A stretch of DNA of 63,831 nucleotides, the filler included, from Neoconidiobolus thromboides FSU 785 (Eukaryota > Fungi > Entomophthoromycota), in the NCBI GenBank assembly GCA_025603075.1. It is 6 parts of 6 records of this genome, joined end to end, with 100 filler letters (N's around TTAATTAATTAA, not from the genome) between each part and the next. Parts side by side here need not be neighbours in the genome. Positions count along the whole stretch, not along the records: positions 19,604 to 37,535 come from MU626573.1; 5 more parts are not named here. The stretch is one strand, 5' to 3'. Of the stretch, positions 26,102 through 37,635 are shown piece by piece. The notes below the pieces were generated by a model. It had not been told where the DNA came from. It searched no databases and saw only the letters and a list, made by a program, of their open reading frames with translations. How positions within the stretch are numbered: position 1 is the stretch's first letter; every line of letters begins with the position of its first letter. The position numbers were made by a program, and so were the translations under genes.

Positions 26102-26428
26102 TTAATAACAAATTTTAGTTTTAGTAGTAGAAGTATAATAAGGCCTAGTTCTGGTAGTCGAAGAATAGGGAGTGGTAGTATCAGTAGTGATATGAGGGGT
26201 AGATGTGCTGTTAGAAGTATAGTAAGGCGTAGTCCTGGTACTAGAATGATAAGTGGTAGGACAATCAGTTGGTCTACTGACTACGGTAATTGTTGAAGTT
26301 TCAGTTATCTTTGAGGTGGAGGTAACGGTTCTTGGTTTACAAGGATTGTATCCCCCATAATAGTCTGAAGAAGCTGCATTAAAGCAAGAGATCGAAGCCA
26401 TAATTGGAATGAGTACTTCAAATTCCAT
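26102..26428 (-). CDS. Secreted Thr-rich protein, paralog of 23978..24556, with one Cys module
   Basis: Signal-like N-terminus, DYYGGYNPCKPRTVTSTS...DCPTTY, TTPYY repeats, ends KTKICY. Confidence 0.8.
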   Translation of the reverse strand: MEFEVLIPIMASISCFNAASSDYYGGYNPCKPRTVTSTSKITETSTITVVSRPTDCPTTYHSSTRTTPYYTSNSTSTPHITTDTTTPYSSTTRTRPYYTSTTKTKICY

Positions 26429-26467
26429 TGCTATTTTTGGATGATTGTTGTTATCACCATAAGGCTC

Positions 26468-26970
26468 CTTTTTATAGGCTGATGTCGTAATGTAACTCCA
26501 TTTTAAACAGAGGCTTTTAACAGAGATTTATTTTTAAATAATCATAATTAACGTAAATATATTAAACTTATGATTTACAATTAGATTTATTACGTTGATA
26601 AAATGACATTTCTTTATTTTAGTTAAATCTTTGATGTTTCACTTTATATTTTATTAATTTAATGTTTTGAATCTTTTCTAATTTAAACTTTCTAAAGCTC
26701 CATTATGGATTGCATTATCTTTTAAAAGAAACCCAACTCATCGAAAATTGCTAAATTTAGTCTAATGTAATGAAAATTTTGTTTAAAGTAAATATAGTTT
26801 CGAAGGTTACTAATTTAATAAGATTTTATAGTCATTTGAATGCTTATTTTCAACATCTCTACTTTAAATAAAATTTTACAAAAATAACTCTATATAAAAG
26901 CAGAGGCTTATATGATCCTCATCTAATACGCTGTCCTCTCTATCATAGATACTCAAAGCATGTATATAAA
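26468..26970. promoter_or_regulatory. Putative bidirectional promoter (cassette 2)
   Basis: CTATAAAAAG on the minus strand at ~26468-26477 and TATATAAA on the plus strand at 26963-26970; collinear conserved blocks with 24557..25210. Confidence 0.55.
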
Positions 26971-27037
26971 CTCGACTTATCTTTTGAAAATAAATAAGTT
27001 AGTGTCAAACTCGATTTAAGTCAAACAGAAAAAAAAA

Positions 27038-27202
27038 ATGAAATTCCTATATGCTATTGTATTACTTGCTACCTTCACCCTTGCTCAAGATTATGGCTAT
27101 GGCAAACGCTGTAAAGATGTCACCAAAGTGGTTACCAGTACTACAGCTACCTATGTGACCAAAACAGTACAAGGTACTTGTCCTACAGTCACTTATTATT
27201 AA
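27038..27202 (+). CDS. 54-aa secreted Cys/Thr/Tyr peptide, paralog of 25211..25375 (not in ORF track)
   Basis: MKFLYAIVLLATFTLA-QDYGYGKRCKDVTKVVTSTTATYVTKTVQGTCPTVTYY*. Confidence 0.85.
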   Translation: MKFLYAIVLLATFTLAQDYGYGKRCKDVTKVVTSTTATYVTKTVQGTCPTVTYY

Positions 27203-27747
27203 AGTTTATTAATAAATTAATGAAAGTAGATTTTCACAACTTTTTTTAAAGGTTCTTTTTCAACTTTTTACTTATTCATCTTATGCGAATTTTTTTCAGC
27301 ACTTGGCTGATGATTTTTCTAAATTTTGCACCTCATAATAAAGGGACAAAAGAATAGTGCAAAAAAACGCTTCCCGATAGATTTTCTAAATTTCCAACCT
27401 AAATCAAACTGTCACATTTTATGTAACCAAGGCTTTAATTCATCTATACAAAAAGTGTTACCAATTTAATAGATTAATTTAATGTTCCAACAATAAAAAA
27501 GCGCCAAAATATCTGCGGGTTATAATTTGTCCGTGAATTTTAAGAAAATAAAATTGTGATATCTCCGTTTTGGAAAAAATTAAAGATTTAAACTCCTTTT
27601 TACTCTTTGAATTTAAAAGCAACTCCTTTTTAATTTTTAAAATCATTCATCAATCATTCTTAATTGATAGAATATAGCTCGAATTTAACTTTGTAAAAAT
27701 TTAGTAGACTGTTTTAAAAATTTAATAAATAATTATATTAAAAAACG

Positions 27748-28256
27748 ATGGGTAAAGAAGAGATGGCAAAAGTAGAAGAGAGTAGTTTATCTTTATTAAC
27801 GGGATATAGCCAACAAGAAGAGGTAGTTTGTCTATAAACTGTCATTAGTATAATACTAATTTTTTTAAAAGATCATTTGGGAAGGTACAACGTGGCCACT
27901 ATTATGTTGCTCACCGTTGACAATGAATAGTATTCAATGGAAAATAACGAATAAAAAAATTGAAAAGATACATGGGTTTATGGGTTCTAAAAATGATGTT
28001 ATAGATTTAAGAAGGGTGACTGATATTGCTTATTTTCGTTCTTGTACTCAAATGTGTTCGGGCAGAGGCTCTATTGTTATTCATTCTAGGTAAAAAAAAT
28101 TATATTTATTATTCTATTGTTTATTTACTTATTACTATCAGTACTTCAATGGAACCGGTAGTGGTTATATCCTCTTGGGGATTAAAAGAAGTTTATCGTA
28201 AACTTAAAGAAGCTTGGTTATCTTCAAACGCTAATCAATTTATTATGGCTACTTAA
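27748..28256 (+). CDS. Small protein resembling the bacterial PH domain (bPH_2/DUF304) family; 3 exons
   Basis: Spliced product MGKEE...QQEE/IIWEGTTWPLLCC...WKITNKKIEKIHGFMGSKNDVIDLRRVTDIAYFRSCTQMCSGRGSIVIHS/STSMEPVVVISSWG.... The EExxW, I-x-L-x-R-V-x-D and Q-x-x-x-G-x-G-x-I pattern fits bPH_2 as recalled. Confidence 0.6.
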
Positions 28257-29242
28257 TTTCTTCCTTATTTAAATCGATTTTAATTTTTATGTAAATATAT
28301 AGTGTTGTTATCTATCATGTCCTTTTATAACTATTCTAGCTTTTAGTTCTATCTTTAATTTATTAACAGTAAGATACATTTAACCTTTTGTCACTTTTCC
28401 TTTAATTTTAATCTATTTTGTTTCAATTTCAAAAACAATGCTTATAGAAATAAGATATATCTATGATGGAAATTTAAATAGTTTCTTTTGATACTTAAAT
28501 TTAAGGTTTAGATTGCTTGGTTTGATACAATAAACATACCTCCCATAAATAAAAACTAAATCTGTACTTTTTTGACACTCTTTTTTATTAGTACTAAAAT
28601 TGAATAATATCATTTATAGCAGCGTATCAGTTATATATATGTTAATATTTGACTTCAATTGTAACGACTCGGTCGATTTAGTGCTGCTCCCATAAAAAAC
28701 AGCTTATACTACTTTTTATGCAAGGATAGACAACAATATGACTTAAGATAGAATAAGTAAGTAAAGTGATATTTTCAGGAGGTTTCAATGATTTCAATGC
28801 CCAATATGAATCCTAAAATAAAATATTCAACAATAGAATCTATATTCATTTTGCTTAGAACTTTAGAATAAGCTGAGTTACTATTGAAAATTTATAAGAT
28901 GTCTTGAATTAATGGACAATTTAATTGTCATAGCTGTTATTAAAGTTAGTGTAACTAAGTAAACTTTAATTATAATGAGCTAATAAAAGTAATCAATAAA
29001 ATAAAAATAGCTATGAATAGTCTTCCGTAACTTAGTAGGTATCTTTTAATCCCTCATCCCTACCATTTAGTTCACTATTTAATTTTCCTTTTTCAATAAT
29101 GAAACGCTTGGAAGCTCTTCTCCTTTAAAGTTTTTTAAAATGCCAATAGCATAAAGCTAAATGATTGGAAGAAAATCAAACTATAATTTATCGAAAAATA
29201 TGGACTTTCAATTTTAATTTTTCTATTTCTAAAAAACTTTTA

Positions 29243-29817
29243 ATGTGTAAACATATTCTTAATGTACAAGTAAACTTCATAGCATTCTAGTAATTTTAGC
29301 CACTAACAAAGTTGATTTATTTATATATTACCCTTTTAACTCAAAAAAGGTATCCATCAGAGCACCATGTTGTAAGCAATGGTTTGATTGCTCAGATTGT
29401 CATAAAGAATTAACAGATCATAAATTAAAAAGACAACAAGAGTTAGTATTTGGTTGTAAAAAATGTAAAAAAGTTTTTAGAAAAAATACAAAGTAAGTTA
29501 TTAATATTTATAGTAGCTTAATATTTAATGATATTGATTTAAAAAGTGACTTTGATCAAGCAGATGAATATTGTCCCCATTGTGATAACCATTATGTTTT
29601 ACCAGCTCAAACAAGAAATGATCTTAGTGATTTGGAGTTACCAACATTAGATACCGACATTAGAGTGGATAATAGGTAATAGGAAATAGTATAATATAGT
29701 GTAATAAGAAGAGTAGGAAACTAACTCTTTTTTAGTATGTTATTAGATGTAAGAATGAAACAGCCTAGTCTTGAAGAGCAATTAAAAGATCTTGATTATT
29801 CGGATTTGTTGGGCTAA
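29243..29817 (+). CDS. CHY-type zinc finger protein (4 exons; not in ORF track)
   Basis: MCKHILNVQ/VSIRAPCCKQWFDCSDCH...FGCKKCKKVFRK/...DEYCPHCDNHYV, spliced through GT-AG introns. Confidence 0.88.
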
Positions 29818-29843
29818 TATAAGATAGATCAATAAAATTTTAT

Positions 29844-30830
29844 TTAGTTTGTTAAGTTTTGGAATTTCTTAGGTAATATCAATTTTTTCCATTTAATTGA
29901 AGCGATGTTGCTATTATTGTTAATACTTGTACTTATCTCATCAGTAACAGAATAAGGGGGTAAAGGTTCATCAAAATAAAAGTTATTAAGTAAATAATTA
30001 ATGGAGTACGTTGTTAGTTTATCACAATTAGATAAATTTAGTCTGTTCAAGTAGCGTAATTGGTTCAAGATTAAGATTAAATTATTATCATCTAATTTAA
30101 TACAATTAGATAAATCTACTTGCTTTAAATTTTTAAATAATAATAAAAATTGAATTAAATGAGTTGTGTTTATATTAAGCCCAGGTATTATTAATCGCTT
30201 TAAATTATTGAAGTTATTCGATATTCGTTTACTATCTCCGTCTTTGCATTTTGACCCACTGATGTTGCTATTTATACTCTTAACTAAATAAGTGATGGTA
30301 CTATTTGAAATAAATTCATTGATTGTTTCATCTGAGAAGATTAAACTTGATAAATTGTTTAACTTTAGAAATATCAAATGCAACCAATTTTTATTACTAT
30401 TATAAACAGAATCCATGAAATTGAATTGAATCTTTGATAAATCTAATACTTTAATCCAATCCAACTGTTTCACTATAATATTAGTTGATAAACTTGATAA
30501 AAACTGAATAAAACAAGTTAAGCTTGGTTTATACGGATTTTGATCAAACTTGGGTTGATAGTATAATAATCGTTGATTAATGTTGTAATGTTGATGATTT
30601 AAATAACTTAACTTTATTAGACTTTGTTGTACTTTAAAATTTGTTAACAAGATTCGATTTTGGCTTATCATTTTGTAATAGATTGTCAATATATTGTTAT
30701 TGTCATTATTCATATATTCTATGATATCTAACAAACTATCGTCTTCAACAACGTCATATAAGTTTGTTTGATTAAAATTAGCTTCAATTGACTTTGTATT
30801 GAATTGACTCAATTTCATTATCGTTAACAA
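29844..30830 (-). CDS. RNI-like leucine-rich repeat protein (F-box/LRR-like)
   Basis: LKQVDLSNCIKLDD and LNRLNLSNCDKLTT cysteine-containing LRRs; no clear F-box. Confidence 0.6.
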   Translation of the reverse strand: MLTIMKLSQFNTKSIEANFNQTNLYDVVEDDSLLDIIEYMNNDNNNILTIYYKMISQNRILLTNFKVQQSLIKLSYLNHQHYNINQRLLYYQPKFDQNPYKPSLTCFIQFLSSLSTNIIVKQLDWIKVLDLSKIQFNFMDSVYNSNKNWLHLIFLKLNNLSSLIFSDETINEFISNSTITYLVKSINSNISGSKCKDGDSKRISNNFNNLKRLIIPGLNINTTHLIQFLLLFKNLKQVDLSNCIKLDDNNLILILNQLRYLNRLNLSNCDKLTTYSINYLLNNFYFDEPLPPYSVTDEISTSINNNSNIASIKWKKLILPKKFQNLTN

Positions 30831-31077
30831 AAAAGTGATATTTGTATCCTAATATTTATATATACTTTTTTTAAATACTTAGTCAACTTATCCAGAAAAA
30901 TAACTACATAATTTCAGCGCTTTTTTTAGAATGTGATTTCTTATTTAGAAATAATTGATATAAGTAAACAAAATTGAGTAACAATTTAAACTATCATTCA
31001 ATAAAACTAAAAGTAATTCAATAGTATTTTGATGGTAATATTTTTATAGATTTTTAAAATTATTACAAACAACATAA

Positions 31078-31175
31078 GGGGATGCACCTTTTTATTCAAA
31101 AATTTTACTAATAATCTTTCCACTCAAACAGCGCTTAAAAAATGGAAAAGTGTTGAAATCAAAAAAAACATTCTC
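31078..31175 (+). mobile_element. MITE family A copy
   Basis: 98 bp, flanked by the non-palindromic direct repeat ATAA (31074-77 and 31176-79). Confidence 0.85.
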
Positions 31176-32199
31176 ATAAATAACATCTTTTAGATATTAC
31201 TCAAGTTAAAAGTAAGGAAAATTCCTTAAATTTTAAAACGGAAAGTACCTTAAATAACTGTTCTAGTTTATCCTCACCGATCCGGTCGCCTAAACGGGTG
31301 GGGTATCATGGAGTGTCATCTTCTACCTTTCTAGAATTAAAAAATTGAGGCATAAATATTGAGACAGCCTCCAACTACCAAGATATAGGTTACACTGATA
31401 TCAGTTTTGACTAATTTTAACAATAATGAAATGAAGTCCTTTTTATACTTTTTGAATGGGAACTTTTAATTCAGTTTTAAAGATTGAAGCAATTCAAATT
31501 TAAATTTCTTTATTTGGTAGTTTCCAAATTTTTAATTCAATTTGAGTTGAATATATTGAAACAAAAACTATTAATTTAACTTGAGTTGTTTACTAAGAAA
31601 CAATGATCTACCTGACGGTGAGATATTAACTAATAAGGCATGCGATAGTTTAAAATCTAACTACAATATCACTTTGTAGTATCAGAGAAGATATACTCTG
31701 GGGTCTGAGTTCAGAAGCTTAAACAAGTGAGTGGGCCTTTTAGGAATAAACTAGTAAGTTTGTAAATTTCAATTAAATATAAATGTCTTTGAAGATAGCG
31801 CCAAAGCTACACTTATGCTATATATGATGTGTAATTGGAGACCATTTCAAAAATTAACTTTCAGAATTTTAATACTAAAAAGGCAGTAGATGCCCCCTAT
31901 AATACCTTATTCGTTTAGATGGCTGAGCTGATAGAAGTGAACTTGAACAGCTGTTCAAGATTCTCTATAATTTTTGGGTTTTTAAAAGGTCTTCCTTATT
32001 TTTACCCAAGTATTGTTCTTGTAATAGTATTTATATTGCTTCTAATAGTTTTAAAACTCTAAAAAACTAATTAGTAGCTTATAAATTTATAAATTCCTAA
32101 TAGAGCCTAAACTAATAAATACTTTATTTAACAAATAGCATCAAAAACAATAAAAGTTAATAGCCATGGTGCTAAGGCTTCTCTATTATTCCAACTTTT

Positions 32200-32400
32200 A
32201 ACAAAGCGGATTTTTGTAAAATCAAACTTATTTATCTAGGCTATATCCCGCATAATATAGTTTGCTGAGACCAGGGATAATGGGGAGCCTATCTTTCATA
32301 GTAACTTTGTGTTTACTCAATATATAGCCTATTGTACTGGTAGCAAAAAACTAACAAAGATAGTAATGTGGAAAGTATTTAAAATACTCATTGAAAATAT
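32200..32400 (-). mobile_element. Possible highly decayed reverse-transcriptase relic (Penelope-like motif)
   Basis: Across frameshifts reads FCYQYNRLYIE*T..KVTM..GSPLSLVSANYIM, similar to the YxQxxGxxMGSPLSPxxANxxM RT motif; no YxDD found. Confidence 0.25.
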
Positions 32401-33021
32401 CAGTGTTAGCAAAAAAAATTATACAGACCAATACCAATATAAATAGAACAAATGCTTAAGGGCAGATTGACTTAATTATTGAATAGATAAAGAGCCTGTG
32501 GTTTAATAATTTTTTAATAGATAACAAAATGGACATTGTAGCTCTATGTTCAATTTATATAAATTAATTTTTTTGTGGCAGGAAATAAGTTTGCTAAAGG
32601 TTGAGCTAAAAACAGGTATTTATTGATTAGCTTTTTGAACTTGAGTTAAGCCGTAAATATTGAGCGTAGTGGTACTCTGATAAGTTTAGGTAAGATAAGA
32701 TGATGACCTTATCAGATCATTTTGCTTTATTACTTGCTATTAAAAACTTCAACTTTAAAATGGGAATATCATAAAAAATTCTATATTTCTATCAGAAATA
32801 AAAATGAGAAATAGAAAGACTTAATCATAATAAAAAAGTCATCAATAATATAACTCAAAAGAGAGGGAAATACTTGATAATAAATCCCTGAATTATTCGA
32901 TATTGGATTAATTTTATTTTGATTTTTTTAGATAGCTAAAAAGAATTGCATTAATTCTAACTTCTGGGTTCATCCCATACAAACTATAGATATAATAACA
33001 ACAAATAATAAAAATGACAGC

Positions 33022-34749
33022 TCACTTGTTCAAGCTATTAACTGTATTAAAGGTAGTATTATTTGTAGTAGAATTAGCATTAGCTACAACTGTCTCTTCA
33101 TTTGATTTCACTTTCGTTGATCCATTATCAATTGAAGCAACAGTATTATTACAATGAAATATAAACGGGTTATTAAGTTGATTTAATTCAAAATTCAAAT
33201 TATTAGTTGAAGAATTGGTATAATGGGAATTTAATTCCCAAATACCATATTCATCCCCATTTTTACCATTAGGCTGAGATAGCTTTAATGAATTTAAAGA
33301 AGGAGAAAGAAAAGCTGAATTATTTTTAGCATTAATTCGTCTTCTTTTGCTATAATAATATAAACCACAAATAATAAATAATAATATTATACCACATGAA
33401 ATTCCTACGATTTGATCAGTTTCTGGACCGTTATATGACATTGGTATCTTACCATTTTTGTTGTTTTCGTACTGTATGTATTCCTTGGATGTATACAATT
33501 GAGTGAAGTTTTCATCCTCTCTTTTTACTGCCGGCCCTATTGTATTACTCATCTTAACTATTTTCTTTACTAAATCAAGTGTATTCAGGTCGATTGCAAT
33601 AATATCATATTTATTATCATTAGTATTAATATCCCCATAAAAAAATACCAGCTTATCATTAATTAATTCGCTTGAATGCCATGCTCTACCAATGTTAAAT
33701 ATCTCGTTATCGAAGTCAACTATGTTAATTTTAGTCCATTGCCAGTTACTCAAGCTCAATAATTGAATATCATTATATAAAAGATTGTAGTTATTTATTT
33801 TATCTGTACCACCGTAAACCAACATACAGTTTAAAGTAGGTAGATAAGTAGCCGAATGTCCCATCCTTACTTTATCATCATAATCCCTTGTTTCTATCCT
33901 TTTGTGCATTCTCTTAGTTATATCATATAGATAAACATATTTTAAATTTGCTATTGTTGATTCATTATAGTAACCTTGATTCCTTAAACCAAATCCAAGG
34001 TCAGGATCTGTATTAAAAATCTTTTCATAAGACACACCACCAGTTATAACCATATTAGTCGAATTAATCTTAGTAGTTGTATGAAAAGCATTGGGTGGCA
34101 TATGGGTACTCACATGATAGCTATTATCGTAAATACGGTTATTAAGTATATTAAAAGTTGTAGCTCTATTGGTTAATAGCGAAAAATTAGTATTTAAATC
34201 TAATAAACAACCCCCGTATGTAAATAACATATTACCCATTTTTGTCACCGATATACCTCTAAAATTCTTTTGATAATATGGAAATAAATCAAACTTACTA
34301 ACCCACTTTTCTTTATCTAAATTGATTGTAAGCAATTCCGATTGTATTTTTAACTTATCGTTAGCCTCATTACTGGAAGGAAATTTATCAACCATTGCTA
34401 CAGTATTTAAATTATTATCAAAGTTGAAAAAATAAAGATCATAAATATTGTTTATGACATTTCTCCTTAAATTTACATTCAAATAAATTTGGTTCAAGTC
34501 AACGGTTGAAGTTAGATTAACTAAAAAATGACTATTTTTCACGCTTACTTCTTTTTCATTTCCTTCTCCTTTATTATCAATCTCTTTTTTTTTGACTGTA
34601 TTATATATTAATAACATTTGATCATGCAATATTGTACTACATTTTATAAATTCTTTATTTCCTTTTTTAACCTTTTCAAACTCACTTTTTATTACATCTA
34701 TTGATAGTAATAATAAATTTATTGTCAATAAATACGACCTATATATCAT
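33022..34749 (-). CDS. Kelch-repeat type I membrane protein
   Basis: Signal peptide; LFTYGG, MVITGG, MLVYGG and GRAWHS Kelch motifs; TM IVGISCGIILLFIICGLYYY followed by KRRR; Asn/Ser-rich tail. Confidence 0.82.
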   Translation of the reverse strand: MIYRSYLLTINLLLLSIDVIKSEFEKVKKGNKEFIKCSTILHDQMLLIYNTVKKKEIDNKGEGNEKEVSVKNSHFLVNLTSTVDLNQIYLNVNLRRNVINNIYDLYFFNFDNNLNTVAMVDKFPSSNEANDKLKIQSELLTINLDKEKWVSKFDLFPYYQKNFRGISVTKMGNMLFTYGGCLLDLNTNFSLLTNRATTFNILNNRIYDNSYHVSTHMPPNAFHTTTKINSTNMVITGGVSYEKIFNTDPDLGFGLRNQGYYNESTIANLKYVYLYDITKRMHKRIETRDYDDKVRMGHSATYLPTLNCMLVYGGTDKINNYNLLYNDIQLLSLSNWQWTKINIVDFDNEIFNIGRAWHSSELINDKLVFFYGDINTNDNKYDIIAIDLNTLDLVKKIVKMSNTIGPAVKREDENFTQLYTSKEYIQYENNKNGKIPMSYNGPETDQIVGISCGIILLFIICGLYYYSKRRRINAKNNSAFLSPSLNSLKLSQPNGKNGDEYGIWELNSHYTNSSTNNLNFELNQLNNPFIFHCNNTVASIDNGSTKVKSNEETVVANANSTTNNTTFNTVNSLNK

Positions 34750-36066
34750 ATTCTATTATTGTCCTTTATTCATAATATCTTTATAACTATAAACATAATT
34801 TGATTGTATTCTTCTTTGCTATATTCCCATTTAAGAATGTTACAAAATTGTAATCTATTTTTTATCCTTATCTTGATTGGACAGTATTTATTATAACAAA
34901 AGTTAAAAATTAAAAAGAAAAAAATACTAATAGAATAGTAAATATAGTCAAGACTGAGAATATTTTTTATTATTGTTCAAAATAAAACAAAAATTTGATT
35001 ATTTTTTTAAAAATGTTTTACGTCTAAATTACTATGTTTTTATCTACATATCATTGCTGGTAGCTCTGAAATTGTGAAGCGTATATCTAATCCGGTGAAC
35101 TGTTCTCTATTAGTATCTAAATCTTCTAAAGGATTTTGAATAGTAGTCATTCTTATCGTACTATTAATACAAGTTTCTTTGTTTATTATAAACAGAACTT
35201 TAAATCCTAACCCAATAGATATAATGAAAATAACTTATTCATTCATTGAGCTTTAGTAAAATTTTCAAAAGATGAATCTTTAATAGTTGAATTTTAAAAC
35301 CATTTTAATCAATAAAATTATAGCTAACTCATTGGCTAGCCCCAATCACTATTAAATTTACACATTATGATAAAACACATATCAGCATAATCTAAAATTT
35401 ACATTGCTAGTGTTATAAACTCTGGGTTTTCATCAAGTAATTATTTTTTGGATCAGGTGTAAAAATTTACTGAAGTAGTATTTTTACATCTGATCCCTAT
35501 TTTTTATACTCTTGAAGGAGTAAATTAGTTCTTAGGTGATTATTTTAGGAAGAACTTTTTTGACTATAATCGTCAGAGTCCATTTACTTGGATGTTTGCA
35601 ATTATATTTATAAAATGTACTTTATAAAAAAAAGCAAATAAACAAAAAAATATAATCTATACTACATAAACACGCTTTAAATTATTATTAATACTATAAA
35701 TCTATAGATTTCAAAACTATAGAGAACTAGAAGAATCATGTCTTTGAGTTGAATTTCAAAAATTTAAATCAGGGATTTGAGCACTAATTTGGATCTTCCA
35801 ATAACTAATGTTCAATTTTCTAAAATTATTATATACAATTCTATAAGTTAATTCAAATCAGCATTTGGCCATGATAATTGGAAATATCTCATTGTAAATA
35901 GAACTATTATTTTAGTTACAATCATCAGAGTTATCCTTTAAGTTCTTATTTAATTTAATCGATATCAGGAGTGAATATTTACGGTCTATTTAAATAGAGA
36001 CTAAAACAAAGGTTATAGTCAACGTAAATAAGTATACGTTGCAATTGAAGAATTAAGATAAGTATA

Positions 36067-37535
36067 ATGTATAAGATAAACATATTTATGATATTGCTTT
36101 TGTTATTATCAACAAGTGTAACAAGCAATGAATTTGAGAAAATGAAGAAAGTAAATAAAGATTTTATAAAATCCAGTACGATATTATATGATCAAATATT
36201 ATTAGTCTACAATACTGTGAAAAGGAAAGAAATTAATAGTAAAGAAGAAGTAAATGAGAATGAAGTAAGATTAAATAATAGCCACTTTTTAGTCAACTTA
36301 ACTTCAACCATCAACTTGAACCAGATTTATTCAAAAGCAAGCTTAAAGAAGAATGTGATAGTGAATATAAAGGATTTACATTTTTTTGTACATGAAAATA
36401 ATTTAAATGCTGTAGCAACACTAGATAAGTTTCACTCAAACAACAAATTCATGCCTATAAACCATTGGTATTTAGGACTATTTACAATTAGCTTGGATAA
36501 GGAATCATGGAATATTAAAAATAATGCATTTGGCTATTACGCAAATACATATAGTGGTAAATCAATATCAAAAGTAGGTGATATGCTGTACATTTATGGT
36601 GGTTGGAGCTTAGACTTAGATACTAGTATTTCTAGATTAAGTAACAATTTTACTGTTTTTGATTTGACCAACAACAATACTTTTCGTTATGGTGTTGAAG
36701 TTGATTCTAACATGCCTCCTAATGCATTTCATACAGCTACTATGATAAATTCTACTACTATGGTCATACTTGGTGGTGTGCCTTATGAAAAATTAAATGA
36801 GATAAATCCTGGAAGCGAATATAATCCAAACAATGCAAGCTATTCTAAGGAACTGACAGTATCGAAATTAAAGTATATATATATATACAATACAGCCGCA
36901 GAAAGATATATGAAAGTGAAAACAAAGGATTATGATGATAGAGTAAGAATGGGACACTCTGCTACTTATTTATCTGATATGAATTGTATATTAGTTTATG
37001 GTGGTACAGATAAAGTAAATAATTACACTATTTTATATAATGATATTCAACTATTAAATTTAACTGATTGGAAATGGACAAAAATTATCATAAAGGATTT
37101 CAATGATGAGGTATTTAATGTTGGTAGAGCATGGCACTCAAATGAATTAATCAATAATAAAGTTGTATTCTTCTATGGAGACATCAACTACTACAATTAT
37201 AACTATAACTATGATATTATTGTAATTGATTTAGAATCACTCAATTTGGAAAAGAAAACAATTAAGTTGAGTGATACAATTGGACCAGCAATAAAAAGAG
37301 AGAATGAGGATTTTAGTCAATTATACACATCAAATGAATACTTAAAATATAACCTTGACACCTCCAGATACAATCTATATAGCTCTTTCAGTGGATCTGA
37401 GATTGCTGGAATCGTATTTGGATTAGCTTCCTTTTTTATTATATCAGCTATTTTATTGAATTATTCAAGAAATAAATATAAAAGATGGAAATGGTTTAGG
37501 AAATATAGTTCAATCGAATTAACTCTACGTCCTAC
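36067..37535 (+). CDS. Kelch-repeat type I membrane protein, divergent paralog of 33022..34749; C-terminus lost in the gap
   Basis: Shares MPPNAFHT, VRMGHSAT, YGGTDK, LYNDIQLL, GRAWHS and TIGPAxKRE with the paralog; TM IAGIVFGLASFFIISAILL. Confidence 0.82.
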
Positions 37536-37635
37536 NNNNNNNNNNNNNNNNNNNNNNNNNNNNNNNNNNNNNNNNNNNNTTAATTAATTAANNNNNNNNN
37601 NNNNNNNNNNNNNNNNNNNNNNNNNNNNNNNNNNN

